64,000 nucleotides of DNA from Candidatus Nomurabacteria bacterium (GCA_037130925.1 JBAXSC010000001.1:253877-317876), one strand, 5' to 3'; counted from the stretch's first letter, positions 35,884 through 44,672 are shown. Notes: generated by a model not told the origin, from the sequence alone. Numbers and translations: made by a program.

Positions 35884-37977
35884 CTAATTCTCTTTATAAT
35901 CTTCACCCTTTTTCAAAACTTTAACAAAAATACCTTGTATTTTTACTTCTTCATCGTATGGAGTTATCACAATATCTTTATGTCTTGAATTTGTAGAATT
36001 AGGTTTCAAAATAACATTACCACCTTTTGTTCTGTATTCTTTTAAAATTGCATCATCACCCATTAAAGCTACAACAATATTACCATCTACAGGATGATAA
36101 TCTTTTCTACACAAAACCAAATCACCATCATTAATATTTTTCTTATTCATAGAATCACCATTAGTTCTTAATACAAAATATTTTCTTCCTTTATACATAA
36201 GATCATCTTTAACTAGTAAAGTATCAGTTGGTACTGAGTCTGCAGTCCTTGTATCTCCACAACCAATTGAATCGTACAGTTCAACATTTCTGGTTATAAA
36301 ATCCTTTATCAAATATGGAGATATTATATTTTTATAATCATTCTTTTTAACAAAATTTTCTTTTTTTATTTCTTTAGAAAATTCTTCTGTAATATATTTT
36401 CTTAAATTTTCATCACAAATATAAACATAAGTACCTTTTATAGCTCTAGTCAAAAGAACTTTATATATATTTAAAACATAATTTAATAATTCTCCATAAG
36501 AATCTAAAGATCTTTTTCCATTAATATCTTTATATAATTCTTTTTTTACAATAAGTTTTTTATTTTCAAAATCATAAGAAAGTTCTGGACCAATAATAAC
36601 TCCAGCATAATTTAGATCGTATCCTTGAACTGTATGTATACACCCAATTTCATTAATAGCATTTTTAGAATAAATCCAATTATCATTAGTGGAATTCCAT
36701 CTTAAAGACAAATTATCTATTTCTATATCAAATTTTGAAATATCTTTTTTGGATTTCCACTCCCACGCATACCCAGCAAACATTCTACATATTCCAAATT
36801 CTCTATCTTTTTTCTTTATCAAATTAATCATTTCATCTAAATTATCAAAAATTTTAAATTCATAATTTTTAAAATCTTTAATTTTAAAAATTTCATTACT
36901 AAATAATTTTTTTATATTACTTATATATTCTTCACCGCCTTGCACACGAAGTTGTGTACTTAATTTATAAATTATTGGATCTTTAACTATTTCTTTAAAT
37001 AAATCATGTCCTATATCAGACGGAGTAACACTTTGATCTTTATCATAAAAAAATATTTGATATTTTGATTTTTCCATAATCCAATGAAGTTGAGTTCCTT
37101 TGTTTATATCTAATCCTAATTTAATATTAGTATCATCGAAAGCTTTCATATTAGAATTATTTTTTCTTGTTCTTAATCTATGAGATTCGTCTATTACCAA
37201 TATGTCATAACTTTCATTTGAAACGTCTGAAGGGCCAATAACATTTACTTTTTTCAAAGATTTTATATTTCTCACAACTTTCTTTAGTGTTTTTCTTAAG
37301 GAAGTCATAGAAACAACAAGACCAATTTTATAGTCTTTTGTACTTTCTTTTTCTTTTAACATCTTTATAAGATATAAAGCTAAAATAGTTTTACCTGTAC
37401 CAGCTCCACCATTTACAATAAATGATTTTTCTTTTTCTATCTTAATATTTTCAAAAATAGAATCAGCTATATTTATTTGGTCTTGTGTTAATGCTGTGTA
37501 TGGAGAGTATTTAAATAAATCGCTATTCTTTAACTCCATTAAATCTTGAGTTACTAATTTAAATTCTTTCAACTTGTCCCATATAATTCTTATTTTAGAT
37601 TCTCTTCTATCTTTATCAAAATAATTATGATCTACCTCTCCTTCATTTTTATTTTGTAAAAAATATTTACCATCAGCAGATAAATATCTTATTAACAATG
37701 ATTCAATATCTAAAACTACAGATTTATTAGCTTCTGTATCATATACAATATAAAAGTCTTTTAAAGAATTTCTTTGTTCATTTTTAAAATGAGTAACTAA
37801 TCTACTAATTGCACTATGTGTTTGACCAACATACATTTCTTCCTTTCCTGAGATAAGGTACACGACTGGCCAATTCACACCAAAATCAGTATTTTTTAAT
37901 TGATCAAATCCTTTATCGTCAAAAGACATATGACTCAAAGAAATATCTTCTTCTTTTTTATTAGGATTCTCTTTCAT
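35884..37977 (-). CDS. GIY-YIG-like nuclease / DUF2075 P-loop helicase-like ATPase / S24 LexA-UmuD peptidase fusion (697 aa)
   Basis: Residues 38-111: VVYLISG..MYVGQT..R59..E92..N (GIY-YIG pattern). Residues 190-197: GGAGTGKT, followed by VIDESHRL and FFYDKDQS (DUF2075-like). Residues 572-697 align to the LexA/UmuD catalytic domain (GDSM Ser609, LKEY Lys646, Cys573-Gly574 cleavage-site motif). Confidence 0.8.
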   Translation of the reverse strand: MKENPNKKEEDISLSHMSFDDKGFDQLKNTDFGVNWPVVYLISGKEEMYVGQTHSAISRLVTHFKNEQRNSLKDFYIVYDTEANKSVVLDIESLLIRYLSADGKYFLQNKNEGEVDHNYFDKDRRESKIRIIWDKLKEFKLVTQDLMELKNSDLFKYSPYTALTQDQINIADSIFENIKIEKEKSFIVNGGAGTGKTILALYLIKMLKEKESTKDYKIGLVVSMTSLRKTLKKVVRNIKSLKKVNVIGPSDVSNESYDILVIDESHRLRTRKNNSNMKAFDDTNIKLGLDINKGTQLHWIMEKSKYQIFFYDKDQSVTPSDIGHDLFKEIVKDPIIYKLSTQLRVQGGEEYISNIKKLFSNEIFKIKDFKNYEFKIFDNLDEMINLIKKKDREFGICRMFAGYAWEWKSKKDISKFDIEIDNLSLRWNSTNDNWIYSKNAINEIGCIHTVQGYDLNYAGVIIGPELSYDFENKKLIVKKELYKDINGKRSLDSYGELLNYVLNIYKVLLTRAIKGTYVYICDENLRKYITEEFSKEIKKENFVKKNDYKNIISPYLIKDFITRNVELYDSIGCGDTRTADSVPTDTLLVKDDLMYKGRKYFVLRTNGDSMNKKNINDGDLVLCRKDYHPVDGNIVVALMGDDAILKEYRTKGGNVILKPNSTNSRHKDIVITPYDEEVKIQGIFVKVLKKGEDYKEN

Positions 37978-38321
37978 TATAATTTATTATATTTTTTATG
38001 ATTTCCTTTCGCTTTATCTACTGGATATTTTTCTTCATTCTTAGTTTGTTTTTTATCTAAAGCTTTCAAGACGTCAATATTTAAATCATAACTCATAAGT
38101 AAAACCCAATACAAAACGTCTGCCAACTCGTCACTTATATCTTCTTTATGTTCTACAACATATTTATCTAACTCTTCTCCATTCTTCCACTGAAAATGTT
38201 CTAATACTTCTGTAGATTCTAAAACCAAAGATAAAGCCAAATCTTTAGGATTGTGAAATTGCTTCCAATCTCTAGCATCTCTAAAATCAACTATTCTTTG
38301 TATAAGATTTTCCAAATTCAT
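37977..38321 (-). CDS. MazG-like all-alpha nucleotide pyrophosphohydrolase
   Basis: RDWKQFHNPKDLALSLVLESTEVLEHFQW and SDELADVLYWVLLMSYDL (EExxE/D helices). The ATG at 38321 is preferred over the track TTG at 38384. Its stop overlaps the next ATG (TAATG). Confidence 0.7.
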   Translation of the reverse strand: MNLENLIQRIVDFRDARDWKQFHNPKDLALSLVLESTEVLEHFQWKNGEELDKYVVEHKEDISDELADVLYWVLLMSYDLNIDVLKALDKKQTKNEEKYPVDKAKGNHKKYNKL

Positions 38322-38328
38322 ATAGTAT

Positions 38329-38337
38329 ATTATAGCA
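38329..38337 (-). promoter_or_regulatory. extended -10 promoter of the mazG-like operon (predicted leaderless)
   Basis: The minus strand reads TGcTATAAT, 7 nt upstream of the ATG at 38321. Confidence 0.5.
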
Positions 38338-38387
38338 CCAAGATAAATATTTAAAAACACTTCGATTTCTCGAAATGTTTTCAAATT

Positions 38388-38858
38388 TTACTTCTTTATC
38401 GAGACATCTACCTTCACTTCACTCGTATGCTTCGCTGGGACAACTCTCTCATAAATCTTTTCTATTATCCCCTTTCCATTTATCAAAACACTCTTTCTCA
38501 TCACTCCGTCATATTCCCGCCCCATAAACTTTTTTGGACCATAGGCATCATATACCCTGATCGTATCCAGACCCTCATCTGAAAGTATAGGAAAATTTAA
38601 TTTATATTTATCTGCAAATTTCTTATGGCTCGTGACACTATCTTTACCGATACCTATCACAACGAGACCCAGCTTTTCTAAATCTTTCATCCCATCACGA
38701 AAGCTGCAAGCCTCAGTCGTACATCCTGGAGTATCATCCTTTGGATAAAAATAAATCAAAACTTTTTTCTTTTGATTCAAATACTCTTTTAAAGTATGAT
38801 CTGTGCCTGACTGATCTTTTAATTTGAAAGCTGGTGCTTTGTCGCCTATTTTTAGCAT
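38388..38858 (-). CDS. bcp: thiol peroxidase / peroxiredoxin Bcp
   Basis: FYPKDDTPGCTTEAC active-site motif. The start is set at MLKIGDKAPAF, because the track's N-terminal extension overlaps an upstream terminator hairpin. Confidence 0.85.
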   Translation of the reverse strand: MLKIGDKAPAFKLKDQSGTDHTLKEYLNQKKKVLIYFYPKDDTPGCTTEACSFRDGMKDLEKLGLVVIGIGKDSVTSHKKFADKYKLNFPILSDEGLDTIRVYDAYGPKKFMGREYDGVMRKSVLINGKGIIEKIYERVVPAKHTSEVKVDVSIKK

Positions 38859-38922
38859 AATTTTGTTTTTATTTATTATAGCAAAATAAAAGCATCTCAA
38901 TTTCTCGAGACGCTTTTAAAAA

Positions 38923-38988
38923 CTATTTAGGTTTTTCTTGTTTTGGTTTTTTCTTCTCTTTTCTTTGTGAAAAATTTCCTTTTGCCAT
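38923..38988 (-). CDS. 21-aa lysine-rich micro-ORF (MAKGNFSQRKEKKKPKQEKPK)
   Basis: It has its own extended -10 (TGgTATAAT, 39028-39036 on the minus strand) and its own hairpin terminator (about 38890-38920). Coding status is uncertain. Confidence 0.3.
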   Translation of the reverse strand: MAKGNFSQRKEKKKPKQEKPK

Positions 38989-39044
38989 AATTTTTTATTT
39001 ATTCAAATATTAAATTTATATATCTAAATTATACCATAATAATA

Positions 39045-39470
39045 TTAATCAAACTCTGGAAAAACAAAATCACCATAATTAATACCCTCTTTATCAAAAA
39101 CCTGCTTTAAAGTCTCAAGATGCTCTACACCAGCATGGAGCTGCATAAGTGAGGCTTGATCATATTTTCCAACAGAGTAGATCTTTATTTTCTTTTCATT
39201 CAATTTATTATTCGCAAGACAAATACCCAATTCAGTAAAAAGATCTGTTCCGTCGAGATCATTGAAGACTATAAAAATATCTGAATTCAAAATATTCACG
39301 AGACATCTATCCGCGAGAGCTTGAGAAGGAATTAAATTTTCTATGAAAGGTTTTAAATTTCCTTCATATATCCAATCAGAAGAAAAAGTTTCTCCTTTAG
39401 ATTCTAAAAACCTTGCTATTTCTTTCAATTTTTCTGTATGCCTTGTACGGCTTGCAAAATACCACTTCAT
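39045..39470 (-). CDS. nucleoside 2-deoxyribosyltransferase-like protein
   Basis: N-terminal KWYFAS and DGTDLFTELGICLA resemble the YxAG...DxGTxxExG pattern of the Ndt family. The call rests on weak motifs only. Confidence 0.4.
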   Translation of the reverse strand: MKWYFASRTRHTEKLKEIARFLESKGETFSSDWIYEGNLKPFIENLIPSQALADRCLVNILNSDIFIVFNDLDGTDLFTELGICLANNKLNEKKIKIYSVGKYDQASLMQLHAGVEHLETLKQVFDKEGINYGDFVFPEFD

Positions 39471-39497
39471 ATAATTATTTTAAAAAGTATATCATAT

Positions 39498-39848
39498 CTA
39501 TTTACAAGTCTTTGCTAGGACATATCCTGCATTTTGTGCAGATTCATCAGTATCAAAATATATTTTATTTTTATCACTAATACTTGATTTACAATTGAAA
39601 TGATAATACTTTTTGCCTCTACTACTAGCATAAATATAATGTTTTTCGCCTGAGACTATAGTAGAATCAGCTGATAAATCTGAAGATTGATAGACTAAAT
39701 TACTAGGATTTCCAAGACTTCCTGAAGTGACTATCTTATACCAGACAAATAGAGATAGTAAAATAAGGCTTAAAATAAGAGAAAGAAATCCTCCACCTCG
39801 TAATTCAATATTGATTTTTTTCAAAGTTTCTGTTATACTTCTCTGCAT
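39498..39848 (-). CDS. membrane-anchored protein with C-terminal Cys/His motif (Ada-Zn-like / sunset-type)
   Basis: One TM segment (FLSLILSLILLSLFVWY) and a C-terminal YYHFNC...NAGYVLAKTCK. Confidence 0.4.
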   Translation of the reverse strand: MQRSITETLKKINIELRGGGFLSLILSLILLSLFVWYKIVTSGSLGNPSNLVYQSSDLSADSTIVSGEKHYIYASSRGKKYYHFNCKSSISDKNKIYFDTDESAQNAGYVLAKTCK

Positions 39849-39875
39849 AATATTTATTAATTATACTAAAAAAAT

Positions 39876-40148
39876 ATGGCACATAGAAAGGCGGCCGGAA
39901 CGGCGAAAAATCTAAGAGACAGTCAACCAAAGTATCTTGGTCTTAAAAAAGGATCAGGTGAAGATGTTATTGCTGGAAATATCATTGTAAGACAAAGAGG
40001 TACAAAATTCTTGGCTGGTAAAAATGTCGGAATTGGTAGAGACCACACTCTTTTTGCTTTAAAACCTGGAAAGGTTACAATGTCTCAAAAAAGACAAGCT
40101 AAATTTGACAATACTATCAAAGTTAAAAAAGTAATTAGTGTCTTATAA
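39876..40148 (+). CDS. rpmA: 50S ribosomal protein L27
   Basis: [24 protein letters not shown]...[10 protein letters not shown]...GRDHTLFAL. Confidence 0.95.
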   Translation: MAHRKAAGTAKNLRDSQPKYLGLKKGSGEDVIAGNIIVRQRGTKFLAGKNVGIGRDHTLFALKPGKVTMSQKRQAKFDNTIKVKKVISVL

Positions 40149-40167
40149 GATTTAATCTTAAAAAAGT

Positions 40168-40205
40168 AAAAAGCTTCAAAAAAATATTTTTTTGAAGCTT
40201 TTTCT
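40168..40205. terminator. bidirectional terminator after rpmA
   Basis: AAGCTTCAAAAAAA / TTTTTTTGAAGCTT stem. Confidence 0.7.
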
Positions 40206-40225
40206 TTGTCATAGCTTCCATATAT

Positions 40226-40444
40226 TCAATGTGGAATTCTAGGACATCTTGGTGGTGGACTTGGGATGATAATTGTCGGAGGCCCAAAGAATCTGGAATA
40301 ATACACAGGCCTTGGTGGAGGTAGCGGTGGACAATGTCTGACATGTCTATTATATCCATATCCATATCCATCATCCGCAAAAAATGTCACTTTGCAAGCA
40401 CTAAGGCTTAGCAAAAATACAAATAAAATAAAGAACTTTTTCAT
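40226..40444 (-). CDS. proline-rich small lipoprotein (72 aa)
   Basis: Signal peptide plus lipobox (LLSLSAC), a GYGYGY stretch, and PPLPPPRP / PSPPPR tracts. Confidence 0.5.
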   Translation of the reverse strand: MKKFFILFVFLLSLSACKVTFFADDGYGYGYNRHVRHCPPLPPPRPVYYSRFFGPPTIIIPSPPPRCPRIPH

Positions 40445-40605
40445 AAAAAAATAGTTTTAATTTTTGAAAAAATAAAAGAAAAAAATATTATATATATTAT
40501 ATACAGTATTTTAAAAATATCAAGATATTATAAACTTTTTATTTATTAAATAAAAAAACTCCTTCCCTTTTTCAAGAGAAGGAGTTTTTAATTTCTTTTT
40601 AGTCT

Positions 40606-41088
40606 TTAATAATTAATATGCCAATAATTGGCATTTGGAAATTTTTTCCAAAGAGACCGTATAAATCTAGCTTCGTAGAAAAAATTAACTTTAGTAATTA
40701 CACAACCTTGTGCAACTTCAATATAATTATTCCTATTAGCATATTCCCACATATCCGGAGAAAGATTTCCACGTACTAAATCTAAATTGCCTATTTCCTT
40801 CCAGCAACCATTTTTTACTGGGAAAATTAATAAAGGTCTTATATCTGCACCTTTGTGATTTTCACCATAAACCAGATAATAAGTGAATCCAAAAAGTTGA
40901 TATTCATCTACAGAAGTATTTTCTGTAATTATATCAGCTTTAGACAATACCTCTATCCAATAAGATAAGGAATTTTGATTAATCTTTGTACTACAAATAG
41001 TAGGATTAAACATTCCTGCCTGTCCATAAGAAGAAAACGAAAAAGAAAAAGAAATTAAAAAAACAATAACAACGAACAAATTTTTCAT
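40606..41088 (-). CDS. secreted hypothetical protein (160 aa)
   Basis: N-terminal signal peptide MKNLFVVIVFLISFSFSFSSYG. A terminator hairpin lies at 40558-40588. Confidence 0.5.
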   Translation of the reverse strand: MKNLFVVIVFLISFSFSFSSYGQAGMFNPTICSTKINQNSLSYWIEVLSKADIITENTSVDEYQLFGFTYYLVYGENHKGADIRPLLIFPVKNGCWKEIGNLDLVRGNLSPDMWEYANRNNYIEVAQGCVITKVNFFYEARFIRSLWKKFPNANYWHINY

Positions 41089-41183
41089 AACTCACGATTT
41101 TATTTGATTGAAAGATAACTTTTATATACTGAATACAGTATAGCATACTATACTTGTATTGTCAATACTATAATAAATATCTT

Positions 41184-41648
41184 CTATTTTACTAGAATTT
41201 TAATTTTCTTTTTGTTGGCCTTATCAGTCAATTCTATTTCATATTCTCCAAATTTCTTAATAGACTGCTTTCCGAGAGATATCTGACTTGGATTTAAAGA
41301 GATTTTAATTTTTTTGAAAATACTATCTACAATATCCCCTTCTTTAATAGCTGAAAAAAGATTTCCTTTATCGTCTGCTTTATGACCTGTGATTTCTAAT
41401 AATCCTTTACTTTCGTTATTTAAAATTTCTTGAAGATCATTTATAGCTTTTAAGAAAAGATTTTTATCTAATTCTTTTTTAGATTCTTTATTATTTTTCT
41501 CTTGCTCTATTTTTTTAATAGCTGCATCAGTTGCAACGATAGCTTGATTCTTTGCAAGAAGAACATTTCTAGCAAATCCATCAGCGACGTTTTTTATTTC
41601 GCCTTTTCTGCCAACTCTCGCGACATCTTGTATAAAAATTACTTTCAT
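41184..41648 (-). CDS. rplI: 50S ribosomal protein L9
   Basis: [40 protein letters not shown] matches the L9 N-domain. Confidence 0.85.
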   Translation of the reverse strand: MKVIFIQDVARVGRKGEIKNVADGFARNVLLAKNQAIVATDAAIKKIEQEKNNKESKKELDKNLFLKAINDLQEILNNESKGLLEITGHKADDKGNLFSAIKEGDIVDSIFKKIKISLNPSQISLGKQSIKKFGEYEIELTDKANKKKIKILVK

Positions 41649-41767
41649 ATTTTTCTAAAATTATACCAGAAAATCTATATTTAAAAAATTGACAAAAAAT
41701 TATATTTTGTTAGAATTATATCAGTTCTTTATCACCACATTTTCTAACAACTTTTAATTTTTTCTTT

Positions 41768-41986
41768 ATGGGAAACATTACTGCAAATGACTCAGCTTTT
41801 GATGAAGTAAAAGGAAAGGTAAACATTGTTGCTTATATCGAAGATCATAAAGATCTGAGAGATGATACAGAAATTATTTCTTTACTTAAGGAAAAATCTA
41901 AAATCTCTGACACTTGGAATAAAGTTGTTAAGAGAATAAAAGATTTAAAACCTGAGATAAGTTATAAATTCTACAACTTTGCTTAG
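41768..41986 (+). CDS. hypothetical small protein (72 aa)
   Basis: ORF with TTGACA-17-TAGAAT promoter at about 41688-41716 and a terminator at 42011-42050. Confidence 0.45.
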   Translation: MGNITANDSAFDEVKGKVNIVAYIEDHKDLRDDTEIISLLKEKSKISDTWNKVVKRIKDLKPEISYKFYNFA

Positions 41987-42010
41987 AAAAGAATTTTGCT
42001 TGCACAAATG

Positions 42011-42050
42011 AAAATCCTGTTTATCACTCGAAATGATAAACAGGATTTTT
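42011..42050. terminator. bidirectional terminator
   Basis: AAAATCCTGTTTATCA / TGATAAACAGGATTTT, a 16-bp stem. Confidence 0.75.
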
Positions 42051-42065
42051 TATTTTTATAAATTA

Positions 42066-43310
42066 TTATTTCAATTTAGAAACAATATCTACAGCTTTTA
42101 ATAATTGACTATCAATTGTCTTTCCATTTTTATCAGTCTTCACGACTTGTGAACTAGTAGCGATGATATCTGGAGTAATACCATTCTCAGAAATATTTAT
42201 ACCTTTTGGTGTAAACCATTTTGCAACTGTAACTTTAATATCTGATCCATCTGATAATTTAATTAATTGTTGAACACAACCTTTTCCAAAAGATTTCTCT
42301 CCTATCACTGTAGCGACACCATTATCTTTCAAAGCTCCAGCAAGGATCTCTGAGGCTGACGCAGATCCTCCATCAATCAAGACTGCTAATTTTAAATTAC
42401 CATTAAAATAATTAAATCCTTTTGAATAATCTTTTTGATCTCCACCATTTTTACTATTTTGTTCTGTCACAACTATTTTATCACTTGGTAAAAAGAATGA
42501 AGCAATATTCACAGCCGCATCGAGATATCCTCCACCATTTCCACGAAGATCGATAATTAATTTTGATTTACCTGATTTTACAAAATCTTGTAGAGCTGTC
42601 TGGAATTTATCAGCAGAATCCTCTGTGAAAGAGTAGAAATGAATTATAAATACATTACCATTTGTCTCTGTATCAAGTACTGGAACATTTATCACCTGAC
42701 GAGTAATTTTTATTTTTGTAGTTTTTGTATCTCCTTTATGAATAACTTCAAGTGTAACATTTGTACCAACCTCACCTCTCACAAGAGCTACAACTTGATC
42801 TGTAGACATACTAGCAGAAGATGTGCCATTCACAGATAAAATAATATCTCCAGCTTTTGTCCCAGCTTTTTCAGCAGGACTACCTTTAATATTTGAAATT
42901 ATCACAGGGTTAGAGTCTTTGTAACCAATGTATGCTCCGATTCCTCCAAAGCTACCTTGAATATTTTCTTCAAATTGTTTTGACTCTGTAGGAGTGAAAA
43001 ATTGAGTATAAGGATCTTTATAACTCTCCACATATCCTTTTACCATTCCATAAGCAAGATCTTGATCTGTTGGTAAAGTTGTAGAAGCTTTCCAGGAAAT
43101 AAAATTATTATCCAAAGCATTTTTTACCTCTTCTAATATTGGAGGTATATTCGTAGGAGAATTTGAGGCAGCTGCAGAAGAAAATATTCTTTGTGGTCCT
43201 GTAGAAACTCTAGCGAATAAAATACCTAATGCAAAAAAGAATATTGCAATTAGTCCAATATACACATATCTCACTCTTGTATTAAAATGTTTGTAAAAAT
43301 AATTTTTCAT
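42066..43310 (-). CDS. S41 C-terminal processing peptidase
   Basis: N-terminal TM segment, a PDZ segment (GSPAEKAGTKAGDIILSVNG), catalytic GGSASASEILAGAL and a GEKSFGKG lysine region. Confidence 0.85.
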   Translation of the reverse strand: MKNYFYKHFNTRVRYVYIGLIAIFFFALGILFARVSTGPQRIFSSAAASNSPTNIPPILEEVKNALDNNFISWKASTTLPTDQDLAYGMVKGYVESYKDPYTQFFTPTESKQFEENIQGSFGGIGAYIGYKDSNPVIISNIKGSPAEKAGTKAGDIILSVNGTSSASMSTDQVVALVRGEVGTNVTLEVIHKGDTKTTKIKITRQVINVPVLDTETNGNVFIIHFYSFTEDSADKFQTALQDFVKSGKSKLIIDLRGNGGGYLDAAVNIASFFLPSDKIVVTEQNSKNGGDQKDYSKGFNYFNGNLKLAVLIDGGSASASEILAGALKDNGVATVIGEKSFGKGCVQQLIKLSDGSDIKVTVAKWFTPKGINISENGITPDIIATSSQVVKTDKNGKTIDSQLLKAVDIVSKLK

Positions 43311-43388
43311 ATCTCAAAATTATATCACGCTTTTTGAGACAACTTTTGAGAGAGATTTTATCTAGACTTTATGATAAAATAGAAAAAT

Positions 43389-44672
43389 ATGAAAGAAATA
43401 CATTTTTATAATACCCTCACTCGAGAGAAAGATTTGTTTACTCCTATTCAAAAAGATGAAGTATTAATTTATTCTTGCGGACCAACTGTTTATCATTATG
43501 CGCATCTTGGAAATCTCCGTGCTTATGTTTTTGCTGATATTTTAAACAATACTTTAAATCAGGCTGGATATAAAATAAAGCATCAAATAAATATCACAGA
43601 TGTCGGACATCTCGTCTCTGACTCTGACGAAGGAGAAGATAAAATGGAAAAAGGTGCAGAGAGAGAAGGAAAAAATGTCTGGGATATCGCAGAATTTTAC
43701 ACAGAAGCTTTTTATAAAGATTTGTCTGCTTTAAATATTGATAAAGAAAAATTTACTTGGACAAAAGCTACAGACTATATCAAAGAGCAAATTGAAATGG
43801 TAAAAAAATTAGAAGAAAAAGGATTCACTTATAAGACTAGCGATGGAATCTATTTCGACACATCTAAATTTCCAAATTATTCGGAATTAGCACATATTGA
43901 TATAGAAGGACTTCAAAAAGGAAAAAGAATTGAAGATGAAAATAATGAAAAGAAAAATAAAACAGATTTTGCTTTGTGGAAATTCTCACCAATAAATGAA
44001 AAAAGACAAATGGAATGGGATTCACCTTGGGGAGTCGGATTTCCTGGTTGGCATATTGAGTGTAGTGCCATGATCAAGGCTGTACTTGGTGACCATATTG
44101 ATATTCATACAGGAGGAATTGATCATATTCCTGTTCATCATACAAATGAAATAGCACAAAGTGAATCATCTTGTGATGACGGAAAAAGATTTGTAAATTA
44201 TTGGATGCATATAAATTTCTTAAATGCACAAAGAGGATCATGCCAAATTAAAATGAGTAAAAGTGATGGAGACTTTTTGAGATTAGAAACTTTAAAAGAA
44301 AGAAACGTAAATCCTCTATCTTATAAATATTTACTTTTAATGACACATTACAGAAAAGAAATAAAATTCTCTTTTGAAAGTCTCGAGGCTGCAGACAATG
44401 CATATCAAAAACTTTTAAAGCAAGTAGATAAAATTAAAACCCCTTCAGGCGGATTACCATCAGCTTCCCCTAAAATGGGAAGCGAAATTCAAAATCTTTC
44501 AGATAAAGCTAAAGTATATCTTGATAAATTTGTCTCAGCAATGAATGATGATCTGAATACTTCTATCGCTCTAGCTACTCTCTGGTCAATATTAGGAGAC
44601 AAAGAATTAAGTACTGAAGAAAAATATACTTTGGTTTTAAAAATAGATAAGTATTTCGCTTTGAAATTATAA
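43389..44672 (+). CDS. cysS: cysteinyl-tRNA synthetase
   Basis: HLGNLRAY (HIGH), KMSKS and the zinc-site region WHIECS. An extended -10 TGaTAAAAT ends 8 nt before the ATG. Confidence 0.95.
   Translation: MKEIHFYNTLTREKDLFTPIQKDEVLIYSCGPTVYHYAHLGNLRAYVFADILNNTLNQAGYKIKHQINITDVGHLVSDSDEGEDKMEKGAEREGKNVWDIAEFYTEAFYKDLSALNIDKEKFTWTKATDYIKEQIEMVKKLEEKGFTYKTSDGIYFDTSKFPNYSELAHIDIEGLQKGKRIEDENNEKKNKTDFALWKFSPINEKRQMEWDSPWGVGFPGWHIECSAMIKAVLGDHIDIHTGGIDHIPVHHTNEIAQSESSCDDGKRFVNYWMHINFLNAQRGSCQIKMSKSDGDFLRLETLKERNVNPLSYKYLLLMTHYRKEIKFSFESLEAADNAYQKLLKQVDKIKTPSGGLPSASPKMGSEIQNLSDKAKVYLDKFVSAMNDDLNTSIALATLWSILGDKELSTEEKYTLVLKIDKYFALKL

Noticed and set aside
36150-36160. TAGAATCACCA inside the S24 coding region matches 10/11 nt of the DUF559-cassette terminal box TAGAATCACCC.
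   Set aside because: It is the reverse-strand encoding of the conserved NGDSM motif, and a single 10-mer match is compatible with chance.
38322-38384. Longer N-termini for the MazG-like gene (TTG at 38384) and for bcp (38900).
   Set aside because: The extensions are hydrophobic and non-homologous. They overlap an extended -10 promoter (mazG-like) or a terminator hairpin (bcp). Canonical family N-termini begin at the internal ATGs.
39876-40148. rplU (48.5 kb, minus) and rpmA (39.9 kb, plus) are unlinked although they usually form one operon.
   Set aside because: The observation is real but of little consequence. Operon scrambling is common in reduced genomes, and nothing else at either locus depends on it.
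40135-40380. An 81-aa minus-strand ORF overlapping the 72-aa lipoprotein ORF.
   Set aside because: The alternative frame (40226..40444) has a signal peptide plus lipobox and an upstream AT-rich promoter region. The 81-aa frame has neither and runs into the rpmA terminator.
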